Source of the DNA: Candidatus Cloacimonadales bacterium
Lineage (GTDB): Bacteria > Cloacimonadota > Cloacimonadia > Cloacimonadales > JAIOQZ01
Assembly (NCBI GenBank): GCA_963674825.1
Contig: OY771587.1
Span: 1,344,001-1,408,000, forward strand
Direction: 5' to 3'
Length of the DNA: 64,000 nt
Numbering within the stretch: position 1 is the stretch's first letter; the number at the start of each line of letters is the position of its first letter. A program made the position numbers and the translations under genes. The notes under the pieces are model-generated. The model was not told where the DNA came from. It was given only the letters and a program-made list of their open reading frames with translations, and ran no database searches. Shown piece by piece: positions 1 through 11,336 of this stretch.

Positions 1-1558
<1,558 letters not shown>

Positions 1559-1980
1559 TTATATTTCACAGCTGTTTAAGAACAGCCTATTTTCTTGCCC
1601 ACAGGGTTCAATGTCAATCTTTTTTTTCTATAAAAATGCTTTTTATTCCCCGGTTTTCCAACATGCTCGAAATGCCCATCTGGAGCGGATTTAGACGCAC
1701 TCGGATTTCTAGTTTTTTTGCGTGTTTATTAACCACTTGGTTAAATCGCACATTTCCGATTGTATTCATTTCTTTTCGATGATGATCATCGCTCAAGATT
1801 TGGATCAAAATGGGGATTTCGATGAGATTTTTTCGCTTTCGATTCTGCCAAATTGTCATCCCAAAACGAAGTGGAAGTGAATCGAATCCACTTAGACGTA
1901 TCTCATCCTGAAAGCTTTAATCACATAGTAGAGTAAGTCAGCATGGAAAAGTAGCTCTATAAGCCCGGATATGTTGATCT

Positions 1981-2016
1981 AAAAAGAAAAAGACCCCGAG
2001 TTTCCTCGGGGTCTTT
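1981..2016 (-). terminator. Intrinsic terminator after the giant secreted protein
   Basis: AAAGACCCCGAG-TTTC-CTCGGGGTCTTT stem with an A-tract on + (U-tract on -). Confidence 0.85.
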
Positions 2017-2034
2017 GGTTATTGAATGACCTGA

Positions 2035-5000
2035 TTATTTCAGCAGGATCATCTTCTTGGTAGCTGTGTAGCGGCCGCTCTTCATCTTGTAGAAGAAGAT
2101 ACCACTACCAACGCTGCGGTTGGTGTCGTCCGTACCATTCCATACAACCTGGTGGTTACCGGCATCGTACTTGTCGTTGACCAGGGTTTTAACCTTCTGA
2201 CCCTTGACGTTGTAGATTTCGATGGTGACCTTTTCTGCTGTTGCCAGCGAGAAGTTGATCTTGGTTTCCGGGTTGAACGGGTTCGGGTAGTTGCCATTGA
2301 GGCCTGTGACATACTCATTAACCGTTCCACCGTTGGTACCAACGAATGGTCCAAGGATGAGCGGATCAGCTTCGCCAGTCGAGTAGACGGCGTAGATGTT
2401 GTATGTCCAGTTTCCGGACGGCATGTTCATATCGAAGTATTCAGTGTCTGACTGAAGTTCAACGATGGTGGTACCGTTACGGCTGATTCTGTAGCCGAGG
2501 AATGAGCGGTCGTTTGTGGCGACATCTTTCTGGGCTTTAGCAGCGTTACGGGTACCGGAGCCGAGCGTGATGGTTTCACGAGCTGCAGTGAGTTCGATAT
2601 CGTCGAGTTTCATCCAGTACATGTCGGTTACGTCGCAGTGGTTAAACGCGATGTAGACATTGTTTCCAGCGAAATCGCCGAGGTCCACGGTCACCTGATG
2701 CCAGTCACCATCAACAAGTGTACTTTCGTAGACGTCTTCGGTGAAATCATTCGGGCTTGCGCCACTGGTGGAGACGCGGACAACGTAGTGTTCTTGTGGC
2801 CAATCGGCATCCTGAGCTGCAACCCAGAAGCTGAGTGAGGAGTTAGCTCCGATCTCAACCTGCGGGGTGATCAGCCAGTTATCCGGAGAGAGTGCGCCAA
2901 CACCATTGATGTAAGAAGCGGAACCGATTGCGTAGTCGCTATCATGAGCGCCCATTTCGCTATCGACGATTTCCCATGAGTAGGTATCGCCGTCTTCATC
3001 AAGAACGGTCCAGCCGGTAGGAATTGCGCCATCTTCGAAGTTCTCGCTGAAGTCTTCACCGCCACCCTGGCCAGGAGCCATCCAGGTGAGGTAAATGTCG
3101 TTGCCATCAACCTGGCCGGAACCAGTAACAACAGAAATCAGTGTTTCTTCGAGTTCGATGTCGAATTCTTCACCATCGAGGTCTTCGACAACCACGTTGT
3201 TTTCATTATAAGTGTCATAGCCTGCAAGTTCGCAGTTCATGGTGTAGAGACCCAGCCATACAACCGGGAATGTCACCGTACCGCTTGCCGGAACGACAGC
3301 TTCGTAAACGTGATCTTCGTTTCCATCGATATTGGTAAGTGTAAGAACAGCACCCTGAGTTGACTCTTCCGTATTCGCGGTAACGTTGACCACAACGGTT
3401 GTGGTCATGCTACGCGGAATGATGTTTGAGTATGAGAAATCAGAGTAGTTGTTGTTCGTGTAGACGGCTCTGACGCCCCACTGATATTCACCTGAAGGAA
3501 GTCCATCCCAACCGGTATCGGTGTAGGTGGTATCGACAACAGGAGTGGTTGTCAGAAGTGTCCACTGGCTCGGATCGTTGATGTTTTCTGATTCGAAGCG
3601 ATAGACTTCGTAACCTTCGAGCGAACGATCGCGAGTAATGGAACTGTTGTTGTTGCTGGTGCCGAAGACAGCCGCTTCTTCGCGGGAAGCTTTGACAACC
3701 GAGCTACGAGTTTTGTTTGTATCCATGGTGAAGCCACCGATCCAGATCGGAGCTTCGGTTTGGATCTTCTTAGCACCCTGGTGGTTAGCAACAGTCTGGC
3801 TACGGTAGTTGATCTCGCCGTAATCGTATCCGTTTGCGCGGATTGAGAAGTTCAGCGGATAACCGTATTCTTCAGGATCGTGCCAGTCGTTGGTGCTAGC
3901 AGCGTTAGTAACAAGCTGGGTACCAGGGATGTACGGATAAGGATCGCCTGTTCCGTCATCGGTTCCGATACCGCAGAAGCCAGCAGGATAGTTCACTGCA
4001 ATGAAGAAGCCGTTCGGTGCATCGACCGGGCTCGGCAGTTCAAGCAGGTTCCATTCAAGATCTGTATTGGCAACGCCAGTCTGTGAGAAGAGTTCGTCTC
4101 CAGAATCCGGCATACCAGTTCCATCAAGACCGTAGATATAAATATCTACAGCAGTGTGAGGACCACCTTCTCCAGTCAGGTACCAGGTCACTTCTTCGAT
4201 GCGAGCATCGTGATAGTGACATGCACCAAGACGGACGTCATCGCCACCGCTACCGTAACCAAGCTGGCCGGTGATGGTACCGTCGTCATAACGGAATTCG
4301 GTCAGCGTGCCGGTTCCCGGGGTTCCCCAAGTCAGTTCGACTTCGGTCTGGTTGCTGTTTTCTTCAGCAATCACGTCGCCCGGTGCGGGGGTCTGTTCGA
4401 TCAGAGTAATGGTTCCCAGATCGATATCAGCGTCAGTCACAACGAGTTCAGTGGTATATGGTTCATAGAACACGCTTGTGCTTTCGTATGTGATCGTGAG
4501 AGTATAGGTCTGCATACCGTTGACATCGAGGAAACTGAAGTCACCATCAACGGTTGTAGATTCGAAGTAGAAGTCTTCATTTTCAAGGACTGCAACCGCA
4601 CCGTCGAGGCCGTTGTCAAGGTCATCGCTGGCGTTAACGTAACCGATTACGTTAAGCGGATAAACCTGAACGGTGATCGAAGTAGGATCGGAGTCGCCAG
4701 TTGTGAAGTTAGCGACGATATCATAGGTATAGACGCCATCAGCAAGGTCCATATCGACATACACGGTATCTGCCGGAGCAAGGGTATCGTCGATCATGGT
4801 GCCGTTACGATAAACGGTGTAGCCTTCGAGCGAGCGGTCGGTGCGGCTTGCATTGTTGCGAGTGAGGTGTGTACCTGCACTGCGATCCTGCGGAGTGCCA
4901 ACATAAACATCGTCGATGTACCAGCCAATGTAGTCGCTAACGGATGAGTCTGTACCGAAGTGCCAGCGGAACATAGCCATTTCACCGGAATAAGCTTCCA

Positions 5001-8000
5001 GGTCGAATGTAGCCTGTACCCAGCCGGAAGGACCGTCTGTGTATCCAGGTTCGCCGTTGAGACCGGTAATAGCATCGTCCGGATAATCGCCTACAGGATT
5101 GATAACGGTCCAGGTAGATCCACCGTCAACGGAGATCTTCACGTTACCGCCATCATATGAGTTCTCAGTGTCGTAGTAATGCCAGAAGGTCAGTACATTG
5201 TCGCCACCGATTGTGATTTCTGGTGAGTCGAGGGTGAGGCTCATGCTGTCATCATAGTTACCGTTAAGGATAGTACCCCAAACATTCGGTTCAGAGTGTG
5301 ATCCAGCGGTTGCATCTTCGCCCCACTGCCAGCCAGCAGTATTGTTGCTGACAAAGTCACCGTTGTCATTATCGAAGTCGTATTCCGTCGAAGCAGACGG
5401 TGTACGCCATTCAAGAGTTACGTCGTTACCAGTAACGGTTCCAGTGAGACCGTTGATGGGCGGTGTAAGCTCGGTAATGGTCACGTCGATGGTAGTCGGG
5501 CTTACGATTTCATAAACACCTGTGAACGGTTCGGAACCTTCAAGGGTTACGGTAAGTTCATAGGTGCCAAGCCAAACCATCGGGAAGTAAGCTGTAGTGT
5601 TACCTTCAGCAAGTTCGATTTCGTAAGCCGGGTGTACGCCATCGGGATCTGTTCCCTGGCAGTCCAGGCTGACGACTGTTCCGTCAAGCGGATCGCCAGT
5701 AGCGGAAATGACGTTGACGGTACAGGTTGTGTAGTAGTCCTTGGCAAGCCAGTCAGAAATCGCTGCGTCAGACATAACACCATTGGTGTATTGAGCTTTC
5801 ACTGCGTATTTGTAGATCGCCTGATCAGCATCTGCCCAGGTACCGTCGGTATAGGTAGTATCGGAAACAGCATCGTTGATCAGTACCCATTGATCTTCCA
5901 TATCTTCCTGTCCGAGAAGCAGGCGATAGACATAGAAGTTTTCAAGAAGGCGATCGGTTCTGTTGTTTTCATTTCTTACCCAACGAAGATGATCGTTGTC
6001 CTGCTGAAGTGCAAGACGATCTTCCGGCATACCGACGCGAACATCATCAATGAACCAGCCCGGGTAACCGTGGACGGATGTATCCGTACCAAAGTGCCAG
6101 CGGAACATGACTTCTTCGCCACTGTATGCGGCAAGTTCGAATGTTGCGAGAACCCAGCCAGAAGGTCCATCGGTGAAACCAGGTTCACCGGCAAGACCGG
6201 TAATGGCATCGTCCGGATAATCGCCAACAGGATTGATTACAGTCCAGTTCGCTCCACCGTCGATGGAGACCTTGATGTTACCGCCATCATATGAGTTTTC
6301 AGTATCATAATACTGCCAGAAGGTCAACTGATAATCTTCTGTAGCAACCATGATTTCCGGTGAATCCAGAGTCCAGCTTGCACTGTCGATATATTCGGCA
6401 TTAAGTGCTGTACCCCAAACATTCGGTTCGGAGTAGGAGCCGGCACCAGCGTCTTCGCCCCACTGCCAGCCAGCGGTGTCGTTGCTGACAAATTCGCCAT
6501 CGTCGGTGTCGAAGTTATAGAAGGTTTCGATGCTGCCTGACGGGGCGTTCCAGATCAGATAAGCTTCGGTACCATCATTGTTTTGTGTCGCAATCAGGCC
6601 GTACGGCGGGCTTGCGATTTCCGGCAGGATGATGTCGCCGAGATCGGTATCTGAACCGCCGACGATTGCTTCACCGACATAAATGTCGTAGCCTTCGACC
6701 ATTGCAGTGATCTGATAGGTATGGTTTGCCCATACACCTTCGATCGTGAAATAGCCGTTGGCATCGGTGAATCCCTGATATGTGTCATAACCGGTAATGT
6801 CGATCTGAACGTTCTCGAGACCAACATCCGGATAGTCGCTACCAACGCAACGACCGGTAAGGGTCACGTTTGGAAGCGGGTTGAGGTTGAAGTCGATATT
6901 AGCAGTAACTTCGCCTTCAACAACGTTTACGCCTTCGACGGTCACTTCATCGTATCCGAACAGATATGCGGAAACGTCGTAGGTACCTTCGGAGATATTC
7001 AGTTCATAGGTTCCATCCTGGTTCGGATGAACAATAAGGCCAGAAGCGGAGATTTCAACTTCGGTCATGACGCCGGGGCCACCGTTAAGAGTAACGGTAC
7101 CGGTGATGGTTCCGGGGTTGAGTTCACCTTCAAGAATCACATCATCAATGTACCAGTAGTTGATATTGAAGGAGTTTCCGCTAAGATAGAAACAGATCTG
7201 GAATGTTTCAGAACCAACGTCGGTGTTGTCGAGCGTAAGTTCGATTGTTTCCGGGCCAACGCTCTCGGTCGGAGCAATAGTCCAGACATCGTTCCAGGTT
7301 GTTCCATCGCTGGAGGTAGCCACGCCAAGCGTGTAACCCTCACCTGCATAGTCGTTGAGGTAGTGCTTGAATTCGAGATCAAGCGTTGCTGCGCCAGCGG
7401 TGTTGATTTCATAGGTGCAAAGACGGCCGATACCTTCAAAAGACGGCGACCAGTTAAGTATTCCTTCAGGAGCGATTCCACCAGCGTTATTGGTTTCGCT
7501 GATATTCCAGTTCGGTCCACCTATATCTTCGGTGTACCAGCCAGCCGGGAATTCGTTGAATTCTTCGTACAGCAGCATACCAGGTGTAGCGATAAGAGCT
7601 GCATTTGATGTAGCAGATCCACCTTCGCCGATAGCGTTGACGGTGGTAACCTGGTACATATAGGTACCGGTTGAGGTAATGGTTTCATCATCGAAAAGGG
7701 TGGCGGAGCCAGTTACATCGAACTCTGCGCCATCGTTACGAACGATGTGATATCCGTTTACCGCGTTATTGAAAGCGCCGCCATGGAGACCCGTGGTCGG
7801 GTTGGTCCAGGTAAGACGGCCAGAGAAATTGTTGTTGATAAGAGTCAGGTTGGTAACTGCTGCGGGAACGTCTTCGCCCACCCATGCGTTACCGTTGACA
7901 GGAAGACCTTCGCCGAAGGAGTTCACGCCAAGTACCTGATAGTTAAAGAGGCCGGAAGCGGTCATACCGGTATCGGTCCAGGATGCGTTTCCGCCGATGG

Positions 8001-9060
8001 TCGGGTTGTTGTCGGTATAGACAACTGTACCATTGCGAAGCACGCGAACTTCGGACAGTTCGGTAAGGGTTGCGCCGCTAACGTCGTGTGTCGGGTTGGT
8101 CCAGCCAATGACACAGGAAAGTGCGCCACCTGCATTCGGGGTGAGCACGAAGTTCGTCGGAGCTGCGGGAGCGCCGGGATCTGCGGGAACACTCGGAATT
8201 GCAAAGCCGGTAACTTCCATACCACCCGGGAATGCGCCAATCAGATCGGTCGTAGCATCAGCTACGTTGATGGTGCGAAGTTCGCCAGCGGTTGTGTAAG
8301 CTGCCCAGTACAGGGTATTGTCTTCGTGATCGAATTCCATATCCTGTGCGTAGTTGGCATTGACGTCGAGGGTAGCTACCAGGGTGGCCGAACCATCGGT
8401 TTTGTCAATAGTGAAAAGACCATCGGCAACGATATCGACAGCGTAGAGCTGACCATCGTTGTCACAAGCAAGCGTGATCGGCAACGTAGAAGTTGTGTTG
8501 GTACCGATCAGAGTAACTTCGTAAGTGTCCAGATCGATGGTGCAAAGCGCCATGTCTACGCTGCTTGATGTACATACAGCGTACATTTCCATTTCGGTAA
8601 AGTCGTAAGCTAAACCGGTCCAGGAACGTCCACCAGGTGCAGTAACCGTAGCGACTACGGTACGAGCACCGGTTTCGGTGTCGAGTGTGGCCAATTCGTT
8701 CGTACCATAGACGAGTCCCCACCAGGTTCCATTGATGTCAGTACTTGAATCAGCGATAAAGTCAACAGTACTCTGATCTTCAAGCTGCGTGATGGTTCCA
8801 GGTGTTTCCAGTTCGAACGTAATGGTTCCTTCGGGATATGTGCCTGATGGATCGTACGCATTGTACGCAAACGCAACATCCGTTCTGAAAATCTGTGGTA
8901 ATGTGGGTTGATTAGGGGTGCTGGGTGCAGTTGATCTTGGAGCCAATCCCATTGAGTGTTCAGGAGATACCTCAGGGTATTCCCTTACACCAGCAAACAG
9001 GGAAGCGCACAGAAAGATTCCAAGAATCAATAGAATCCACGCACGAGAACTTTGCTTCAT
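2035..9060 (-). CDS. Giant secreted multidomain adhesin-like protein (beta-propeller, FN3, MAM/cleaved-adhesin-like, carboxypeptidase-regulatory-like domains, C-terminal FlgD-Ig/T9SS-like domain), 2341 aa
   Basis: Start moved to MKQSSRAW (GAGGAGG RBS). Signal peptide; gingipain cleaved-adhesin-like SASY...PDNWLITP; C-terminal NYPNPFNPETKINFSL...KKMILLK. Confidence 0.9.
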   Translation of the reverse strand: MKQSSRAWILLILGIFLCASLFAGVREYPEVSPEHSMGLAPRSTAPSTPNQPTLPQIFRTDVAFAYNAYDPSGTYPEGTITFELETPGTITQLEDQSTVDFIADSSTDINGTWWGLVYGTNELATLDTETGARTVVATVTAPGGRSWTGLAYDFTEMEMYAVCTSSSVDMALCTIDLDTYEVTLIGTNTTSTLPITLACDNDGQLYAVDIVADGLFTIDKTDGSATLVATLDVNANYAQDMEFDHEDNTLYWAAYTTAGELRTINVADATTDLIGAFPGGMEVTGFAIPSVPADPGAPAAPTNFVLTPNAGGALSCVIGWTNPTHDVSGATLTELSEVRVLRNGTVVYTDNNPTIGGNASWTDTGMTASGLFNYQVLGVNSFGEGLPVNGNAWVGEDVPAAVTNLTLINNNFSGRLTWTNPTTGLHGGAFNNAVNGYHIVRNDGAEFDVTGSATLFDDETITSTGTYMYQVTTVNAIGEGGSATSNAALIATPGMLLYEEFNEFPAGWYTEDIGGPNWNISETNNAGGIAPEGILNWSPSFEGIGRLCTYEINTAGAATLDLEFKHYLNDYAGEGYTLGVATSSDGTTWNDVWTIAPTESVGPETIELTLDNTDVGSETFQICFYLSGNSFNINYWYIDDVILEGELNPGTITGTVTLNGGPGVMTEVEISASGLIVHPNQDGTYELNISEGTYDVSAYLFGYDEVTVEGVNVVEGEVTANIDFNLNPLPNVTLTGRCVGSDYPDVGLENVQIDITGYDTYQGFTDANGYFTIEGVWANHTYQITAMVEGYDIYVGEAIVGGSDTDLGDIILPEIASPPYGLIATQNNDGTEAYLIWNAPSGSIETFYNFDTDDGEFVSNDTAGWQWGEDAGAGSYSEPNVWGTALNAEYIDSASWTLDSPEIMVATEDYQLTFWQYYDTENSYDGGNIKVSIDGGANWTVINPVGDYPDDAITGLAGEPGFTDGPSGWVLATFELAAYSGEEVMFRWHFGTDTSVHGYPGWFIDDVRVGMPEDRLALQQDNDHLRWVRNENNRTDRLLENFYVYRLLLGQEDMEDQWVLINDAVSDTTYTDGTWADADQAIYKYAVKAQYTNGVMSDAAISDWLAKDYYTTCTVNVISATGDPLDGTVVSLDCQGTDPDGVHPAYEIELAEGNTTAYFPMVWLGTYELTVTLEGSEPFTGVYEIVSPTTIDVTITELTPPINGLTGTVTGNDVTLEWRTPSASTEYDFDNDNGDFVSNNTAGWQWGEDATAGSHSEPNVWGTILNGNYDDSMSLTLDSPEITIGGDNVLTFWHYYDTENSYDGGNVKISVDGGSTWTVINPVGDYPDDAITGLNGEPGYTDGPSGWVQATFDLEAYSGEMAMFRWHFGTDSSVSDYIGWYIDDVYVGTPQDRSAGTHLTRNNASRTDRSLEGYTVYRNGTMIDDTLAPADTVYVDMDLADGVYTYDIVANFTTGDSDPTSITVQVYPLNVIGYVNASDDLDNGLDGAVAVLENEDFYFESTTVDGDFSFLDVNGMQTYTLTITYESTSVFYEPYTTELVVTDADIDLGTITLIEQTPAPGDVIAEENSNQTEVELTWGTPGTGTLTEFRYDDGTITGQLGYGSGGDDVRLGACHYHDARIEEVTWYLTGEGGPHTAVDIYIYGLDGTGMPDSGDELFSQTGVANTDLEWNLLELPSPVDAPNGFFIAVNYPAGFCGIGTDDGTGDPYPYIPGTQLVTNAASTNDWHDPEEYGYPLNFSIRANGYDYGEINYRSQTVANHQGAKKIQTEAPIWIGGFTMDTNKTRSSVVKASREEAAVFGTSNNNSSITRDRSLEGYEVYRFESENINDPSQWTLLTTTPVVDTTYTDTGWDGLPSGEYQWGVRAVYTNNNYSDFSYSNIIPRSMTTTVVVNVTANTEESTQGAVLTLTNIDGNEDHVYEAVVPASGTVTFPVVWLGLYTMNCELAGYDTYNENNVVVEDLDGEEFDIELEETLISVVTGSGQVDGNDIYLTWMAPGQGGGEDFSENFEDGAIPTGWTVLDEDGDTYSWEIVDSEMGAHDSDYAIGSASYINGVGALSPDNWLITPQVEIGANSSLSFWVAAQDADWPQEHYVVRVSTSGASPNDFTEDVYESTLVDGDWHQVTVDLGDFAGNNVYIAFNHCDVTDMYWMKLDDIELTAARETITLGSGTRNAAKAQKDVATNDRSFLGYRISRNGTTIVELQSDTEYFDMNMPSGNWTYNIYAVYSTGEADPLILGPFVGTNGGTVNEYVTGLNGNYPNPFNPETKINFSLATAEKVTIEIYNVKGQKVKTLVNDKYDAGNHQVVWNGTDDTNRSVGSGIFFYKMKSGRYTATKKMILLK
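4900..6525 (-). repeat. Internal duplication of a ~165-aa module in the giant protein (copies ~4900-5390 and ~6035-6525)
   Basis: AGWQWGEDA..G..SEPNVWGT...LDSPEI...YYDTENSYDGGN.K.S.DGG..WTVINPVGDYPDDAITGL.GEPG.TDGPSGWV.ATF occurs twice; the DNA is visibly alignable at an offset of ~1135 bp. Confidence 0.9.
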
Positions 9061-9239
9061 AACTTCCTCCTCAGTGTAGTAGAAATATGTGTGAAACTTC
9101 TTCTTCATTCTTTAGAGACATTATTTCGTAAATTGAGCAGATGTGCGGGTGCACTGTCAATTTTTTTTTCGTTTTTTTTGTTTCATATTTTTAAAGTTAC
9201 GAATTTCACGCCCCACACAGTGTGGGAACCTCCCTACTT

Positions 9240-9542
9240 TCAGTCTGTTTCCTTCTCTTCCTCAAGAAAGAACCGATAGACTTCCTCACCCTTTTTTTGC
9301 ATGCCCAGCTTTTCTCTGGCGATTTTCTCGATCGCTTTAGGGTCGTTCTCAAGTTCCTGATTCAACGTTTCGAGTGAGTCCCGCTCAGTACGGTATTGTT
9401 CAATTTGACTACGAACTTTGTTAACCTCCATCCTAGTCCGGATCAGTCGATAAACACTTGAGCCATCAAGGAAAAATATGTAGACCAGTCCCAGTACAAT
9501 CGCAATGCGCAGAACCAGTCCGCCCTTCTTCTTTTTTGCCAT
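9240..9542 (-). CDS. ftsB: Septum formation initiator (FtsB/DivIC family)
   Basis: Single N-terminal TM helix, coiled coil, IEKIAREKLGMQKKGE motif. Confidence 0.8.
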   Translation of the reverse strand: MAKKKKGGLVLRIAIVLGLVYIFFLDGSSVYRLIRTRMEVNKVRSQIEQYRTERDSLETLNQELENDPKAIEKIAREKLGMQKKGEEVYRFFLEEEKETD

Positions 9543-9546
9543 CCTG

Positions 9547-10197
9547 TTATTCCATATAATTCATGGTAATGGTTTGTTTCTGTTGGAAATCATGCTCTTC
9601 CAGCACCAAAACGTTCGAATCCACCGTCCGATGGTTTCCGCTCATTTCGAGAAACGATTCGACGCCTTGAATCTCGAAACGCAGGTTGGGGGTCTTATAG
9701 TGCATGGGAAACACAATTGTTGGATTCAGTGCCTGAACCTGTTTCCATGCTTGTTGCGGATCAAGGGTAAACGTTCTGCCCACCGGCACAAACATCACAT
9801 CGATAGCGCCGACTTTCTGAATCGTATCTTTGTCGAGTAAGTGCCCCTGGTCACCGCAATGAAGGAATGTTCTGCCAAACATCTCGAATTTCATCAGGAG
9901 ATTCCTGCCACGCTTACTGCCAAGCTCGTCGTCGTGCCAGATGGGAATCATCTCGATGTTGATACCTTTTTCTGAATACCTGCCTTGCTGATTTATTTTC
10001 CTGAAATCGCCGTGGATTAAATCGAAATTGTTATGATCATGATGGCCGTGGCTGGACAGGACGATATCCGCAGTTTCTCCCTTGGGCATCGGATAGCCGA
10101 TATCCGAGAAGGGATCGGTGATAATCGAAACGCCGTTCGATTCCACCTTCCACATGCTGTGTCCAAACCACTGAATTCGGTAGTGCGCCATCTTCAT
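9547..10197 (-). CDS. MBL-fold metallo-hydrolase (Lactamase_B_3-like)
   Basis: WFGHS, TDPF, SHGHHDH, HCGD and PMHY motifs. Confidence 0.88.
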   Translation of the reverse strand: MKMAHYRIQWFGHSMWKVESNGVSIITDPFSDIGYPMPKGETADIVLSSHGHHDHNNFDLIHGDFRKINQQGRYSEKGINIEMIPIWHDDELGSKRGRNLLMKFEMFGRTFLHCGDQGHLLDKDTIQKVGAIDVMFVPVGRTFTLDPQQAWKQVQALNPTIVFPMHYKTPNLRFEIQGVESFLEMSGNHRTVDSNVLVLEEHDFQQKQTITMNYME

Positions 10198-11336
10198 TTC
10201 TCTCTTCGTAAAATCAGGTTCGCCACAAAAGTGCCTTTGATCTCCATTGCATCATGAGGACAGAACTCATGACAGCATAGGCACTTAATACATTTACTGC
10301 GATCAATCACAGGTACATTTGCACCTTCGGGTAATGATATAGCTTTGACGGGACAGCTTTCAATACAAATCCTACACAACTTACAGTTTGACTTATAAGT
10401 GGGATAGTAGTCAACGATTTTTCGAAGTATTTTTCGAACATCTCCGGGCAAAGACCCAAGAAACCTGCTTCGCCAAAGCACACCACGGATATCCACTTTG
10501 CCGAAATCGAGCTGCTCATTTTGCGGAATCGTGTGAATTTGATCCGGATCAATGCCCTCGCGCACGAGCGCGTCATAAATATATCCTATTTGTCTCAGCT
10601 TGAATCCCATTGCTTCCAGTGCGAGTTTGTCCAATGAAGGTGCATTCTCCGATGCAAGCATCACATTGTATTTCCGGGGCTTGCCCGATGACGGGCCGGT
10701 CCCCTCCATTCCCAGGATGCCGTCCATGATGTTGAACAGGATCTTCTCTTTCAGTGCAAGATAGATCTCGGTAAGCAGATTCCCGAACTGCGGTGGCTTG
10801 GGAAATTCCCGGTGGAAATCGACTTTCTTCAGTCCCGGGATTACACCGTAGAGGTTTTTGACCGCACCGGTATAACGCATAAGGCTATGGGTTTTCAGCT
10901 TGCTGAGGTTAATGACCGCGTCCGCGTCGAACCACACCTTGGAGAAGATCAGCTCAGTAGTGGATCCGTCCGGAAACGTCACCATTCGTTTAACCGCACC
11001 GCTCTTTTCGAAGCTGACCGCCGTCGCACCGTATTTTTCCACAACCTCTCTCACGCCTGTACCGGAATAGACAAACTCACTGCTGACCGTTCCGCCGGAT
11101 GAATCCCCAATCCAGATGGTCTTTCCCTTCTCGTGCAACAGACGTGCTACCGCATTCATTACCTCGGGATGTGTTGTTACCGCTTTTTCTACAGCAAAGC
11201 GGCCGAGCAGGTTCGGTTTGAGCAAAAACGTCTGCTTTTCTGGATGCGCGTCCAGAACCGGCCCAAGTGTTCGCTTGACGAAATTGTAGATTCGCTCTGG
11301 ATCGTATGTATCAATCTTCTCTATGTAAACGTTCAT
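10194..11336 (-). CDS. DUF362 domain protein with C-terminal 2x[4Fe-4S] ferredoxin
   Basis: LLKPNL, VTTHPEV, KLKTH, GAVKNLYG, GMEGTGPSSG; CxxCxxCxxxCP twice. Start at MNVYIEK. Confidence 0.88.
   Translation of the reverse strand: MNVYIEKIDTYDPERIYNFVKRTLGPVLDAHPEKQTFLLKPNLLGRFAVEKAVTTHPEVMNAVARLLHEKGKTIWIGDSSGGTVSSEFVYSGTGVREVVEKYGATAVSFEKSGAVKRMVTFPDGSTTELIFSKVWFDADAVINLSKLKTHSLMRYTGAVKNLYGVIPGLKKVDFHREFPKPPQFGNLLTEIYLALKEKILFNIMDGILGMEGTGPSSGKPRKYNVMLASENAPSLDKLALEAMGFKLRQIGYIYDALVREGIDPDQIHTIPQNEQLDFGKVDIRGVLWRSRFLGSLPGDVRKILRKIVDYYPTYKSNCKLCRICIESCPVKAISLPEGANVPVIDRSKCIKCLCCHEFCPHDAMEIKGTFVANLILRREK

Noticed and set aside
4156..8568. Long + strand ORFs of 220-295 aa inside the giant gene
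   Set aside because: Antisense shadows caused by codon bias; no RBS or domain motifs.
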